The notes beneath the pieces were generated by a model that saw only the letters and a list, made by a program, of their open reading frames with translations, did not search any database and was not told the DNA's origin. From positions 164 to 64,163 of the forward strand of contig CAYYFQ010000003.1 in NCBI GenBank assembly GCA_964471475.1: a stretch of 64,000 nt of DNA, in the 5' to 3' direction. Positions 18,696 to 28,350 of this stretch are shown here, piece by piece. The number at the start of each line of letters is the position of its first letter. The stretch's first letter is position 1. The translations under genes were made by a program, and so were the position numbers. The DNA is from an uncultured Gammaproteobacteria bacterium. GTDB taxonomy: Bacteria > Pseudomonadota > Gammaproteobacteria > CAISUE01.

Positions 18696-20122
18696 TACAA
18701 CACATTCGCTGCATATTCAGAAAGTCTTGAACGCTCTCCACGGACTAAAGTCACATGCGCTGCAAAAGGACAATTTTTAAAGCGATCTATCACATAGGTG
18801 AATCCGGACGTCACCTCATTAAGATAAGGTGTGTCAATCTGCTTAAGATCCCCTAAAATGACAATTTTTGTTTGTGGGCCAGCTCGAGTAATTAAAGTTT
18901 TTAATTGTTTAGAAGTTAAATTTTGTGCTTCATCGATAATTAAAAATTTATTTAAAAATGTTCTACCCCGCATAAAATTTAAGGAGCGTACTTTTAAATA
19001 TTGATTTAAAATTTCTAAAGTAGCTTCTTTTTCCCAGGTACTTTTTTCTTTCTTTTGATCTTTATGCAATACTTCAAGATTATCCATGAGCCCCCCCATC
19101 CATGGGGTCATCTTTTCTTCTTCAGTGCCGGGTAAAAAACCAATATCTTCGCCTAAGGGAATAGTGACCCGCGTCATAATGATTTCACTGTAAGTACGAC
19201 TTTCAATAGTTTGTTGGAGAGCAGAAGCTAAAGCAAGCAGCGTTTTACCAGTCCCAGCGGTTCCTTGTAAGGTAACTAAGTCAATAGTAGGATCCATTAA
19301 GTGATTAAGTGCAATAGTTTGTTCTACATTGCGTGCATTAATTCCCCAGACAGCGTGTTTAATTTGAGAATAGTCCCGCGCATATTCAAAAACAAGGCCT
19401 GTAGAATCTACCTTACGCACAATCCCTAAAAATTGTTCATCTCCTTCAATCAAAATAGCATCGTTAGGATTAAGAAATCCTAATTCTTTCGAATTAATTT
19501 TGTAAAAAGAACGCCCTTCTTCTTGCCATGATTCCAAGGCTTTACTGTTTTTTTCCCAAAAATCTTTGGGAAAATGATAAACGCCACTTCTTAATTCACT
19601 TAAATCATCCACGACTTGATCGTTAAAATAATCTTGTGCTACGACTCCTACTATCGTGGCTTTGATACGAAGATTAGTGTCTTTCGTTACAAGAATGATT
19701 TGGCGCTCTGGAGTTTTTTGCTGTAAAGCAAGCACTACCGCCAAAATAGAATTATCTGGTTTGTGAGAAGCCATTGTGACAGGAAGTTGAGCCGCCAATG
19801 GCATCGTTTGAAAAAATATTTTTCCGGTAGGAGCACTCGACATACCAGCAACAACATTGTCCGAACCAAGTGGAATGCCATCGATTATTTCTTGATAACT
19901 CGCTTTTTTAATAATATCATCTAAAAAGTGTGAAGCATGGCGCACATTGCGTGCCATTTCTGTAGCACCCTTTTTTAAATTATCTAACTCTTCTACTACC
20001 ACCATAGGAATAAAGATATCATGCTCTTCAAATTGCCAAAGGGCATAAGGGTCATGAATTAACACATTAGTGTCGATCACAAATAACTTGTTGGTATTAT
20101 TCCCGGAAGATGGTGTTGACAT
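18695..20122 (-). CDS. PIN-domain/PhoH-like ATPase (YlaK family, 475 aa)
   Basis: N-terminal PIN (FVIDTNVLIHDP...) and a C-terminal PhoH P-loop (LQGTAGTGKTLLALA; IIDEAQNL). Confidence 0.85.
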   Translation of the reverse strand: MSTPSSGNNTNKLFVIDTNVLIHDPYALWQFEEHDIFIPMVVVEELDNLKKGATEMARNVRHASHFLDDIIKKASYQEIIDGIPLGSDNVVAGMSSAPTGKIFFQTMPLAAQLPVTMASHKPDNSILAVVLALQQKTPERQIILVTKDTNLRIKATIVGVVAQDYFNDQVVDDLSELRSGVYHFPKDFWEKNSKALESWQEEGRSFYKINSKELGFLNPNDAILIEGDEQFLGIVRKVDSTGLVFEYARDYSQIKHAVWGINARNVEQTIALNHLMDPTIDLVTLQGTAGTGKTLLALASALQQTIESRTYSEIIMTRVTIPLGEDIGFLPGTEEEKMTPWMGGLMDNLEVLHKDQKKEKSTWEKEATLEILNQYLKVRSLNFMRGRTFLNKFLIIDEAQNLTSKQLKTLITRAGPQTKIVILGDLKQIDTPYLNEVTSGFTYVIDRFKNCPFAAHVTLVRGERSRLSEYAANVL

Positions 20123-20125
20123 TTA

Positions 20126-20875
20126 CTAGGTTCCTTGTAATATTTCTTCTGCTAGCGCTAAATACGCCTTACTGCCACTTGCATTTTGGTCATACAATAA
20201 TGCTGGTAAACCATAACTAGGTGCTTCGGCCAAACGAATATTGCGCGGAATAATCGTTTGAAACACTTTGTCGGTAAAATGCTCCAATAGCTGTGCAGAC
20301 ACCTCATTCATTAAAGAAGCACGTCCATCAAACATGGTACGTAAGATTCCTCTAATTTGCAAATGAGGATTGGCCTCTTGTTGTATTTGATGCATGGTGT
20401 TTAACAAGGCTGTTAAACCTTCTAACGCATAAAATTCACATTGTACAGGAATAATTAAACCCTTCGATGCAACAAGAGCATTTACAGTGAGCATATTTAA
20501 AGAAGGAGGACAATCAATTAAGACAAAATCATATTCCGTATGCGCTAAAATTTTAGTTAAGGTAAACTCTTTATCAGCATGACTTAAAAGTTCAAGTTCA
20601 GCTTGGGTTAATTCATGATTTGAAGGGATAAGATCATAGCCTCCAGGAGTGGGAAGCACACATTCTTCTAAAGTTTGACCAAGCAATAATGAATTGCTAG
20701 AAGCGAGCAATTCCATTTTATCTACCCCACTGCCCGTGGTCGCATTTCCTTGCGGGTCAAGATCGATTAATAGTATTTTTTTGCCAAGCGTTACTAAAGA
20801 TGCCGCAAGATTAACACATGTGGTGGTTTTTCCAACTCCCCCTTTCTGATTGGCAAAACAATAAATTTCAGTCAT
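20126..20875 (-). CDS. parA: Chromosome partitioning ATPase ParA/Soj
   Basis: Deviant Walker A NQKGGVGKTTT, then LLIDLDPQGNAT. Confidence 0.85.
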   Translation of the reverse strand: MTEIYCFANQKGGVGKTTTCVNLAASLVTLGKKILLIDLDPQGNATTGSGVDKMELLASSNSLLLGQTLEECVLPTPGGYDLIPSNHELTQAELELLSHADKEFTLTKILAHTEYDFVLIDCPPSLNMLTVNALVASKGLIIPVQCEFYALEGLTALLNTMHQIQQEANPHLQIRGILRTMFDGRASLMNEVSAQLLEHFTDKVFQTIIPRNIRLAEAPSYGLPALLYDQNASGSKAYLALAEEILQGT

Positions 20876-20881
20876 ATTCCT

Positions 20882-21610
20882 CTATTCAAAGGCAATTTTT
20901 ACCAAATGTCGCTCACTATCTAAAAAGGGCACCTCCAATTTCACCACTTCTTGTAAATGAAATTCTGGAGGTATTTCATGCAGTTCTGTTAAAGGATAAA
21001 CACCCTTCATTGCCAAAAATAAACCGTCTGCTTTACATAAATGTTCCGTATTGTATAACATATCACGAATTGAAGAAAAAGCTCGCGACACAATAGTATC
21101 AAATTGGCGCAATTTAGTGCCTGATTTCAGTTCATTAAGCTTCTGGTAACCTTCCACTCGTTCATTAATCACTAAAACATTATTTAATTTTAATGAGTGC
21201 TGGATATGAAATAAAAAACGTGCTTTTTTACCATTGCTATCGATTAACGTAAAATGTTTATCAGGATACGCAATGGCAAGCGGAATACCTGGTAAGCCAG
21301 CACCGCTCCCCACATCAATAATGTTATTTCCTTGTAAATAAGGACCTATACTTAAAGAATCAAAAATATGTCGTGTAATAATTTCTCGAGGCTCTCTTAC
21401 CGAGGTTAAGTTATAAGCTCGGTTCCATTTAATCATTAAGTCAACATAATCTAATAGTTTTTGTCGACGGGTAGCATCTAATTTTAAATTTAATTTTTCC
21501 AGTCCTTCTATCAAAAAATCATTTGGCGGTGCAATTGACTTGTTAATAGGGGTAGATTCTACAATAAAACGCACTTTATTGTCGGAGGGATTATTTTTTG
21601 TACTGGCCAT
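20882..21610 (-). CDS. rsmG: 16S rRNA (guanine527-N7)-methyltransferase RsmG (GidB), with an N-terminal extension of about 35 aa
   Basis: WNRAYNLTSVREPREIITRHIFDSL and the SAM motif DVGSGAGLPGIPLAI. Confidence 0.9.
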   Translation of the reverse strand: MASTKNNPSDNKVRFIVESTPINKSIAPPNDFLIEGLEKLNLKLDATRRQKLLDYVDLMIKWNRAYNLTSVREPREIITRHIFDSLSIGPYLQGNNIIDVGSGAGLPGIPLAIAYPDKHFTLIDSNGKKARFLFHIQHSLKLNNVLVINERVEGYQKLNELKSGTKLRQFDTIVSRAFSSIRDMLYNTEHLCKADGLFLAMKGVYPLTELHEIPPEFHLQEVVKLEVPFLDSERHLVKIAFE

Positions 21611-21787
21611 TGCTATCGTTTTCCTTGTTCAATTTTAGTTTTATTTCCTAGCCCATTTTTAAGCTTTTCTTATACATTCTTTTTCTTTAATTATTTAACA
21701 ATTTCCTCTTGTTGACCATTTAAAATCTAGTACATAACGTTCACGATTATACACCGCAAGTAGGGAGTTTTGACAATACAGTCTACT

Positions 21788-23191
21788 TTACAATGGAAAA
21801 ACCATCTCTTCAGGTTTTACCCATTGATTATATTCCGTTTCAGTCACAAACCCTAATTGTAAAGCGGCTGTTTTCAAAGAGAGGTTGTGATGCCACGCAT
21901 ATAAAGCAATTTTTGCCGCTTTTTCATACCCGATATGAGGATTTAAAGCAGTCACTAACATTAAGGAGTTGCGGAGATTGTGATCAATATTCACTAAATT
22001 GGGTTCAATGCCTTTTGCACACGATTGATTAAACGCATTGACGGCATCTGCCAATAACTCGCCAGATATCATTACATCATGCAACATGATGGGTTTATAA
22101 ACATTTAATTGAAAATTACCTTGAGAACCAGCAAATGCTACTGCATGGTCATAACCAAAAACTTGCACCACAACTTGCGTCAATGCCTCGCATTGGGTAG
22201 GGTTAATTTTGCCTGGCATAATAGAAGAGCCTGGCTCATTCGCAGGAATATTTAATTCTCCAATTCCTCCCCTTGGACCAGAAGCATACCAACGCACATC
22301 ATTAGCGATTTTCATTAAAGCTCCAGCAATCGTTCTTAACGCTGCGCTCATATTAACTACAGCGTCATGAGCTGAGAGTGCTGCAAATTTATTTTTGGCA
22401 GGTATAAACGGAAGTTGTGTTTCTTCAGCGATAAGACGTACAACAATTTCCGCAAACTTAGGATGCGCATTTAAACCCGTCCCTACCGCTGTACCCCCTT
22501 GCGCCAACTCATAAATCCAATGGAGCGCTTGTTCTACAATAACTAAAGCCTCTTCTAATTGGGCACGCCACCCAGAAATCATTTGGCCCACCGTTAAGGG
22601 GGTAGCATCTTGTAAGTGCGTACGTCCCAACATAATAATATGGGCAAATTGTTTTTCTTTGTCAGCAAAAGTATCACGTAATCCCTTAATGGCGGGGATA
22701 AAACGATGAGTAATCATTTCCGCGATAGCAATATGCATCACGGTCGGGAAAGTATCGTTGGACGATTGACTATGATTAACATCATCATTAGGATGAATAG
22801 GTTTTTTACTACCTCTTGGCATTCCTGCTAATTCATTGGCTCGAGAGGCAATCACTTCATTGGCATTCATATTCATTTGAGTGCCTGAACCTGTTTGAAA
22901 CACCACCAAAGGAAATTCCGCATTCAGCTTGCCATCAATCACTTCTTGTGCCCCTGTAACAATTAGTTGAACTTTATCAGGGGGCAATTCATTTAACTCA
23001 CCATTAGCAATTGCCGCACATTTTTTAACAATTCCAAAAGCACGCACAATATCTTTTTGAAAAAAGTAACGGTCCTTTCCAATAGGAAAATTACTAATAG
23101 AGCGTTGAGTTTGCGCACCCCAGTGTTTATCTGCGGGAACTTCTACTTCACCTAGAGAGTCTGAATCTTTGCGTGTGCCTACGACTGTCAT
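21788..23191 (-). CDS. fumC: Class II fumarate hydratase
   Basis: [21 protein letters not shown] and the [15 protein letters not shown] signature. The start is taken at MTVVG (23191); the ORF track extends to 23206. Confidence 0.9.
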   Translation of the reverse strand: MTVVGTRKDSDSLGEVEVPADKHWGAQTQRSISNFPIGKDRYFFQKDIVRAFGIVKKCAAIANGELNELPPDKVQLIVTGAQEVIDGKLNAEFPLVVFQTGSGTQMNMNANEVIASRANELAGMPRGSKKPIHPNDDVNHSQSSNDTFPTVMHIAIAEMITHRFIPAIKGLRDTFADKEKQFAHIIMLGRTHLQDATPLTVGQMISGWRAQLEEALVIVEQALHWIYELAQGGTAVGTGLNAHPKFAEIVVRLIAEETQLPFIPAKNKFAALSAHDAVVNMSAALRTIAGALMKIANDVRWYASGPRGGIGELNIPANEPGSSIMPGKINPTQCEALTQVVVQVFGYDHAVAFAGSQGNFQLNVYKPIMLHDVMISGELLADAVNAFNQSCAKGIEPNLVNIDHNLRNSLMLVTALNPHIGYEKAAKIALYAWHHNLSLKTAALQLGFVTETEYNQWVKPEEMVFPL

Positions 23192-23379
23192 TCTAAAATA
23201 TTCCAAAGTCTATTTTGCCCGTCGGAAAGTTTACCACTTCCAGAGAGTGATTAAAAGTGTTTTTATCAATATTTATATAACTAGTTAGTCAATTTTAGGG
23301 GAATAGCTAACCTAATCTATTTTGCTTGGATTAAATTAAGGAACTCGTCGCCCACCATTTACTTCAGGAAATTTTCATC

Positions 23380-24420
23380 ATGAGGCCTTCGCTAAAATCA
23401 AAATACTCATTACTTCAGCTAGACCCGTTCATTTATGAATTGGCGCATTTGCTCAACGCCGGAATACCTATTTTGCTCGCTCTACAAATTATTATGACTA
23501 GTACTCATCACAAGCAACACGTAATTTTGGCAAAACGCATTCAATTTCAATTAGCAAAAGGTTTAAATTTTGCCAATGCTTGGCAAAATATTACTCATGA
23601 AAGTTTTTCGAGTGCAATGCTATATGCGGCAGAAAACAGTGGTCTGCTAGGGGAAATGCTCACGCACATCCATGAATATGCTTTACAACAAAAATTACTG
23701 AGACAGGCGTTTTGGCAAGCACTGCGATACCCTTTATTTTTGTTGGCAATGACGGTGAGTTTATGTATTGGCTTGTATACTTATGTAATCCCTCAATTTG
23801 CTAACTTGTATGCTAATTTGAATGCGCCTTTACCAAGAATGACTTTAGAGATAATTTATATAGGTCAATGGCTATCCCATCACTTACCGTGGTGCTTGAG
23901 TTTTTTTCTAATCTTTTTCGGATTATATCGTTTTCCACTGAGTGTTCGCTTTATCTTCATTCACTCAGTAGTAGGATATTGTTTATATCAAACTCCATTT
24001 TATCGCTATTTCCAAGAGGTAAAATATTGGCAAGCAGTATCCTATATGCTGAATGCAGGGGTTTCTTTGATTAATGCTTTAAAAATTTGTCTTCCCTTAT
24101 GGCGCCATAGAGGCATGCTACAAAACGCTGAACAATGGATCCAGAAGCTTGAACAAGGGAGTTCCTTAAGTGAAATATTAAAAAGCTCTCCTTATATTTC
24201 TCCAAAACTAGGCACTATATTGTCTATTGGCGAAATAAGTGGGCGTTTAAATGAATTACTAAAGACCTATACGGACGAACAACAATACCAATTGCAAGAA
24301 AAGATTTTAAGCATGAAGGTATGGTTAGAGCCCATATTTTTATGCATAATAGGAATATTAATTGGAGGTGTTCTCATTGCGCTGTATCTACCAGTGATTC
24401 AACTGGGGGAATATGTCTAG
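23380..24420 (+). CDS. GspF/PilC-family (type II secretion / type IV pilus platform) protein, orphan copy (346 aa)
   Basis: Two GspF-type repeats with 3 TM helices. The C-terminus (LEPIFLCIIGILIGGVLIALYLPVIQLG) is typical of PilC/GspF. Confidence 0.7.
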   Translation: MRPSLKSKYSLLQLDPFIYELAHLLNAGIPILLALQIIMTSTHHKQHVILAKRIQFQLAKGLNFANAWQNITHESFSSAMLYAAENSGLLGEMLTHIHEYALQQKLLRQAFWQALRYPLFLLAMTVSLCIGLYTYVIPQFANLYANLNAPLPRMTLEIIYIGQWLSHHLPWCLSFFLIFFGLYRFPLSVRFIFIHSVVGYCLYQTPFYRYFQEVKYWQAVSYMLNAGVSLINALKICLPLWRHRGMLQNAEQWIQKLEQGSSLSEILKSSPYISPKLGTILSIGEISGRLNELLKTYTDEQQYQLQEKILSMKVWLEPIFLCIIGILIGGVLIALYLPVIQLGEYV

Positions 24421-24426
24421 GTGCCC

Positions 24427-26841
24427 CTAAAGGGTGCCCGGAGCAAAAGCATCCACATTAATCACTTGCATCCGCAAGGCTTGCATTTCTCGATAATCTT
24501 GAGCTTCTACTTGAGTAATCACGCCTTGTGTTAAGGCGTCATTTAATTGATCTTCCAAAGTATACCCACGCGCTTGCCCTTCCTTCACAGCTTGCAAGAA
24601 ACGTTTTTCTAAAGCTTCATTTTTAACGACTGCAGTCAACGTAATCGACAATAAGTGGATAGGATTATTCGGCGCATTACATTGATCAATACCATGAATT
24701 AAACGCTGACGAGCCTCTGATGGAATCATTAAAAAACGTGCGATTTTATGTTTTAAAGCATCTGAAGGCTCGTGATACGGTACTCCAAATTGTGGCCAAA
24801 TTAATGCGCGCAATAACCATGCAACGGGCCGATTCGGGAGCTCACGTAATATTTCTGTGAGCCGTTGACGCGCTTGCGCTAATAAATGCTGGCAGCCATA
24901 TTGGAATAATAAAATCTCTTCTTCACTGACACTTGAGGCTAAAAAATATTTTACCGTTCCAGAAGCTAAGTATAAGTAACTGAGCACATCACCTAAGCGT
25001 GCTGAAAGAGATTCTTTACGTTTTAATTCGGCTCCCAAAGTGAGCATAGCAACATCCGAAAGGAGGGCGAAATTACAACTGATGCGGGTAATTTTTTGTA
25101 CAAAGCGGCGTGCTACCCCATGCACAGGAATAGTCAGCGCAATCCCGTCAGTCACACTGAGCCATAATGAGCGAACAATATTACTCAAACTATAGCCGAT
25201 ATGTTTAAAAAGCACCTGGTCAAAAGCTTTGAGCGCCATCTTAGGATTAGACAATTGGGCTGCTTGCAATTCTTTTAACGCATAAGGATGGCAACGAATA
25301 GCACCTTGCCCAAAAATAATTAAGTTGCGAGTCAAAATATTTGCACCTTCCACGGTGATCATAATAGGAGCACCCTCATAAAAACGCCCTAAATAGTTAT
25401 GAGGCCCTAAACAAATTCCTTTGCCTCCATGGATATCCATTCCATCACAGATAGCCAGTCGCCCTGTTTCTGTCGCATGGTACTTCATGATAGCTGATAC
25501 AATTGGGGGTTTTTCTCCTTCCACAATCGCAGACAACGCCATGACGCGGGCAGCATTAAGATAATAAGTAGAGCCGCCAATGCGCGACAAAGGGTCTTCT
25601 ACTCCTTCAAAATTACCAATGGCCACGTTAAATTGGCGACGAATCCGAGCATATGCCCCAGTAGTATGTGTAACCATTTTCATTTGGCTGATAGCGCCCG
25701 TTGGTAAGGTAATAGCACGTCCTGCACATAGGCATTCCATCAACATGCGCCAACCTTGACCAATCATTGCTGCTCCCCCAATAATAAAATCAAGAGGGAT
25801 AAAAACATCGTGTCCCTCGGTTGGTCCATTTTGAAAAGGAATATTGAGGGGGAAATGACGTGCGCCATGTTTGACACCCGACCAATGAGTTGGAATTAAT
25901 GCGCAGGTAATACCACGCTCGACTTGCGAAGAAAGCAAGTGATCTGGATCATATAACTTAAAGGCTAAACCAATAAGAGTGGCTACAGGTGCAAGCGTAA
26001 TATAGCGCTTATTCCAAGTAAGCTTTAAACCAAGCACTTCTTTTCCTTCATGGATCCCTTTTGTCACAATCCCATGATCGGTAATAGAAGCCGCATCGGA
26101 CCCAGCCACCGGTGACGTTAAGGCAAAACATGGAATTTCTAGCCCGGCCGCTAGCCGCGGTAGATAATAGTTTTTTTGGGCTTCCGTGCCATAATAATGC
26201 AACAATTCGCCAGGCCCTAAAGAATTAGGCACTGCAACAATACATGCTAACGTAGTACTGCGGCTATATAGGCGCATTAAAATTTCTGATTGTGCATAAG
26301 CCGAAAAGCCTTTACCTTGATAGGCTTTGTCAATATTTAATCCAAAAAATCCCTTGGTTTTTATGTACTCCCAACAATTCGGAGGAATATCCAATAACTC
26401 ATGAGTTATTTGCCAATCATCAATCATTCTACATAAAGCTTCTACTTCATTATCAATAAAACTTTGCTCCTCTTGGGTTAATTGCGCCAAAGGTTTACTG
26501 ACAAATTTTTCCCAATTGGGTGCGCCTTGAAATAATTCAGCTTCAAAACCTACCGTACCTGCTTGAATCGCTTCTTTCTCCGTTTGGGACATTGAAGGCA
26601 TGAGATGTTGATAAATAGGCAAAATATGGCGAGTAATTAATTTACGGCGTAAGCCACGAAAGTTAAAAATAATTGCCACACTTAAGTAAATGGTCCATGC
26701 GATGATCAGCAATGCCACCCCACTGTTTCCCCACCGTGACCAAAGCAATAGGAGTACTAAAGTGGTGCCAGTCCACACCAATAATGACATGCGAAAATAA
26801 AATAAAATACCAATAATCAATAGTAATAAACAAAGCAACAT
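24427..26841 (-). CDS. fadE: Large acyl-CoA dehydrogenase FadE (804 aa)
   Basis: N-terminal TM helices, an ACAD core and a long C-terminal domain, with length and layout like E. coli FadE. Confidence 0.85.
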   Translation of the reverse strand: MLLCLLLLIIGILFYFRMSLLVWTGTTLVLLLLWSRWGNSGVALLIIAWTIYLSVAIIFNFRGLRRKLITRHILPIYQHLMPSMSQTEKEAIQAGTVGFEAELFQGAPNWEKFVSKPLAQLTQEEQSFIDNEVEALCRMIDDWQITHELLDIPPNCWEYIKTKGFFGLNIDKAYQGKGFSAYAQSEILMRLYSRSTTLACIVAVPNSLGPGELLHYYGTEAQKNYYLPRLAAGLEIPCFALTSPVAGSDAASITDHGIVTKGIHEGKEVLGLKLTWNKRYITLAPVATLIGLAFKLYDPDHLLSSQVERGITCALIPTHWSGVKHGARHFPLNIPFQNGPTEGHDVFIPLDFIIGGAAMIGQGWRMLMECLCAGRAITLPTGAISQMKMVTHTTGAYARIRRQFNVAIGNFEGVEDPLSRIGGSTYYLNAARVMALSAIVEGEKPPIVSAIMKYHATETGRLAICDGMDIHGGKGICLGPHNYLGRFYEGAPIMITVEGANILTRNLIIFGQGAIRCHPYALKELQAAQLSNPKMALKAFDQVLFKHIGYSLSNIVRSLWLSVTDGIALTIPVHGVARRFVQKITRISCNFALLSDVAMLTLGAELKRKESLSARLGDVLSYLYLASGTVKYFLASSVSEEEILLFQYGCQHLLAQARQRLTEILRELPNRPVAWLLRALIWPQFGVPYHEPSDALKHKIARFLMIPSEARQRLIHGIDQCNAPNNPIHLLSITLTAVVKNEALEKRFLQAVKEGQARGYTLEDQLNDALTQGVITQVEAQDYREMQALRMQVINVDAFAPGTL

Positions 26842-26845
26842 AAGA

Positions 26846-27646
26846 TCACCTTTTTAATAACAGTGTGTGGATCGCTTGAGCTGTCAATTCCGGATACTCT
26901 AAGGGAAATAAATGGCCGCCTCGATGAAAAGGATGCAAAGTTAAACCATAATGTTTCCGGATTGCATAAAACATACTCGGTTTTACTAAATCACTATAGA
27001 CCGAATAGAGTAAAGCTCCCGGTAAATTAGCTGGTTTTTGAAAAGAATATAAATTATCAGGCATCGTTGCATAGATTTGAGCTTCAGTTTCTCGATCAAA
27101 TCGAAGAACATAACCCTCTTCCGTACTTACTAATCCATATTGAACATATAATTCTAGACTTTTAGTAGAAAAATTTTTAAAGAGGGATTTTTTACGAAAA
27201 TAATGAAAAGCTTCCGCGGGACTTTCAAAAAGTACACGTCGGCTTTTGGCGCGCTCAACAGGCATAAAGTGATGGGTAAAATGAAACATTTTTGCCAAAT
27301 ACACAGCAAGCGAGCGCCAAAAACCAATCAAAGGAGAATCCAACGCAATAACTTGACGAAATAACTCAGGAGCTTGGCAGGCAGCCATATACATGAGCAC
27401 TCCTCCCATCGAGTGACCAATACCAATGACAGGCGCCTCATTTTTACTTTTAATAAAATTTATTAATTGATCTACCAACCCCGGCCAATTATCAGTAACT
27501 TCATAACCTCCTTGACCATAGATAGGCAAATAATGCACCGCATAGTCATTTCCTAAAAAATCAAACATCTCTTGGTAGATTTCCGCAGGAAAACCATTAC
27601 CAGGGGCAAAGTGAATTGAAATTTTATTTTCATCACAAGATAGCAT
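26846..27646 (-). CDS. Alpha/beta-fold hydrolase (266 aa)
   Basis: Nucleophile elbow GIGHSMGG. It is tightly packed between rpoZ and fadE. Confidence 0.75.
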   Translation of the reverse strand: MLSCDENKISIHFAPGNGFPAEIYQEMFDFLGNDYAVHYLPIYGQGGYEVTDNWPGLVDQLINFIKSKNEAPVIGIGHSMGGVLMYMAACQAPELFRQVIALDSPLIGFWRSLAVYLAKMFHFTHHFMPVERAKSRRVLFESPAEAFHYFRKKSLFKNFSTKSLELYVQYGLVSTEEGYVLRFDRETEAQIYATMPDNLYSFQKPANLPGALLYSVYSDLVKPSMFYAIRKHYGLTLHPFHRGGHLFPLEYPELTAQAIHTLLLKR

Positions 27647-27650
27647 AGTG

Positions 27651-27941
27651 TTAGTCTAAAAAATCTTCATCCTCAATGATGGGAGTGCTCGCAAGCACAG
27701 GCTCAACCGGTCTTTTATCAATTTCATTAATCATATCAGCGGTAATAAGATCAGCAGCTATTTCGCGTAAAGCGATCACGGTGAATTTATCTTTATCTAA
27801 ATTAAACTTATCTTTTTCAACGGTAATGCGAGGGTCATCTTTCCCTCGAGCCAACTGTCTTGCACGCTTGGCGGCCAACAATGTTAATTCAAATCGGTTT
27901 TCACAATGATGTAAACAATCTTCTACAGTAATACGCGCCAT
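27651..27941 (-). CDS. rpoZ: DNA-directed RNA polymerase subunit omega
   Basis: [30 protein letters not shown] is the canonical RpoZ N-terminus. Confidence 0.9.
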   Translation of the reverse strand: MARITVEDCLHHCENRFELTLLAAKRARQLARGKDDPRITVEKDKFNLDKDKFTVIALREIAADLITADMINEIDKRPVEPVLASTPIIEDEDFLD

Positions 27942-27990
27942 GGAGTGTGCCCTATTCTATTTTTAAAAATAAGAAGTATAGCATTTTTCA

Positions 27991-28020
27991 TTGCCTAACG
28001 CATCTAATTTTTGATACAAT
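27991..28020 (+). promoter_or_regulatory. Putative sigma70 promoter for tRNA-Pro
   Basis: TTGCCT (27991..27996), an 18-nt spacer, then TACAAT (28015..28020), 10 nt upstream of the tRNA 5' end. Confidence 0.4.
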
Positions 28021-28030
28021 CCTTTCTTTT

Positions 28031-28107
28031 CGGGGCGTAGCGCAGCCTGGTAGCGTACTTGCATGGGGTGCAAGTGGTCGCTGGTTCAAATCCAGTCGCC
28101 CCGACCA
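28031..28107 (+). tRNA. tRNA-Pro (anticodon GGG)
   Basis: Folded by hand. The acceptor pairs CGGGGCG with CGCCCCG (a C1:G72 pair, typical of bacterial tRNA-Pro) and is followed by A73 and an encoded CCA. The D arm is GCGC/AGCCTGGTA/GCGT. The anticodon arm is CTTGC-AT[GGG]GT-GCAAG. The T arm is GCTGG-TTCAAAT-CCAGT. Confidence 0.9.
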
Positions 28108-28142
28108 AATTTGTCACCCCATAAGCTCTGACGTCAAGTACA

Positions 28143-28343
28143 ATGACAGCTTTGGATTTTTATTCACCGTCTGATAAATCTAGATCTTTTTTTGCATCAA
28201 TTATCACCTACTATGAATTAAAGGCCAGAAAATTTGAGGTAGGTAATGGTGTTCAATTCGACATATATATGCATGCGGTAGATAATTTATTATGTCAGCC
28301 AGAAGACAAGCCCACCTTAGGGTTATTACACGTTTCTCTTTAA
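28143..28343 (+). pseudogene. Fragment of a YhcG/DUF1016-type PDDEXK nuclease gene
   Basis: ELKARKFEVGNGVQFDIYMHAVDNLLCQPEDKPTLGLL resembles the conserved ELK..KF...G...FY..AVD.LL....D.P.IGL core of that family. Only about 66 codons are present, and the fragment is wedged between the tRNA and the NRPS stop codon. Confidence 0.45.
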
Positions 28344-28350
28344 AAATTTT

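Noticed and set aside
27947-28174. 75-aa plus-strand ORF
   Set aside because: It reads straight through the tRNA-Pro gene (28031..28107). The tRNA cloverleaf is unambiguous.
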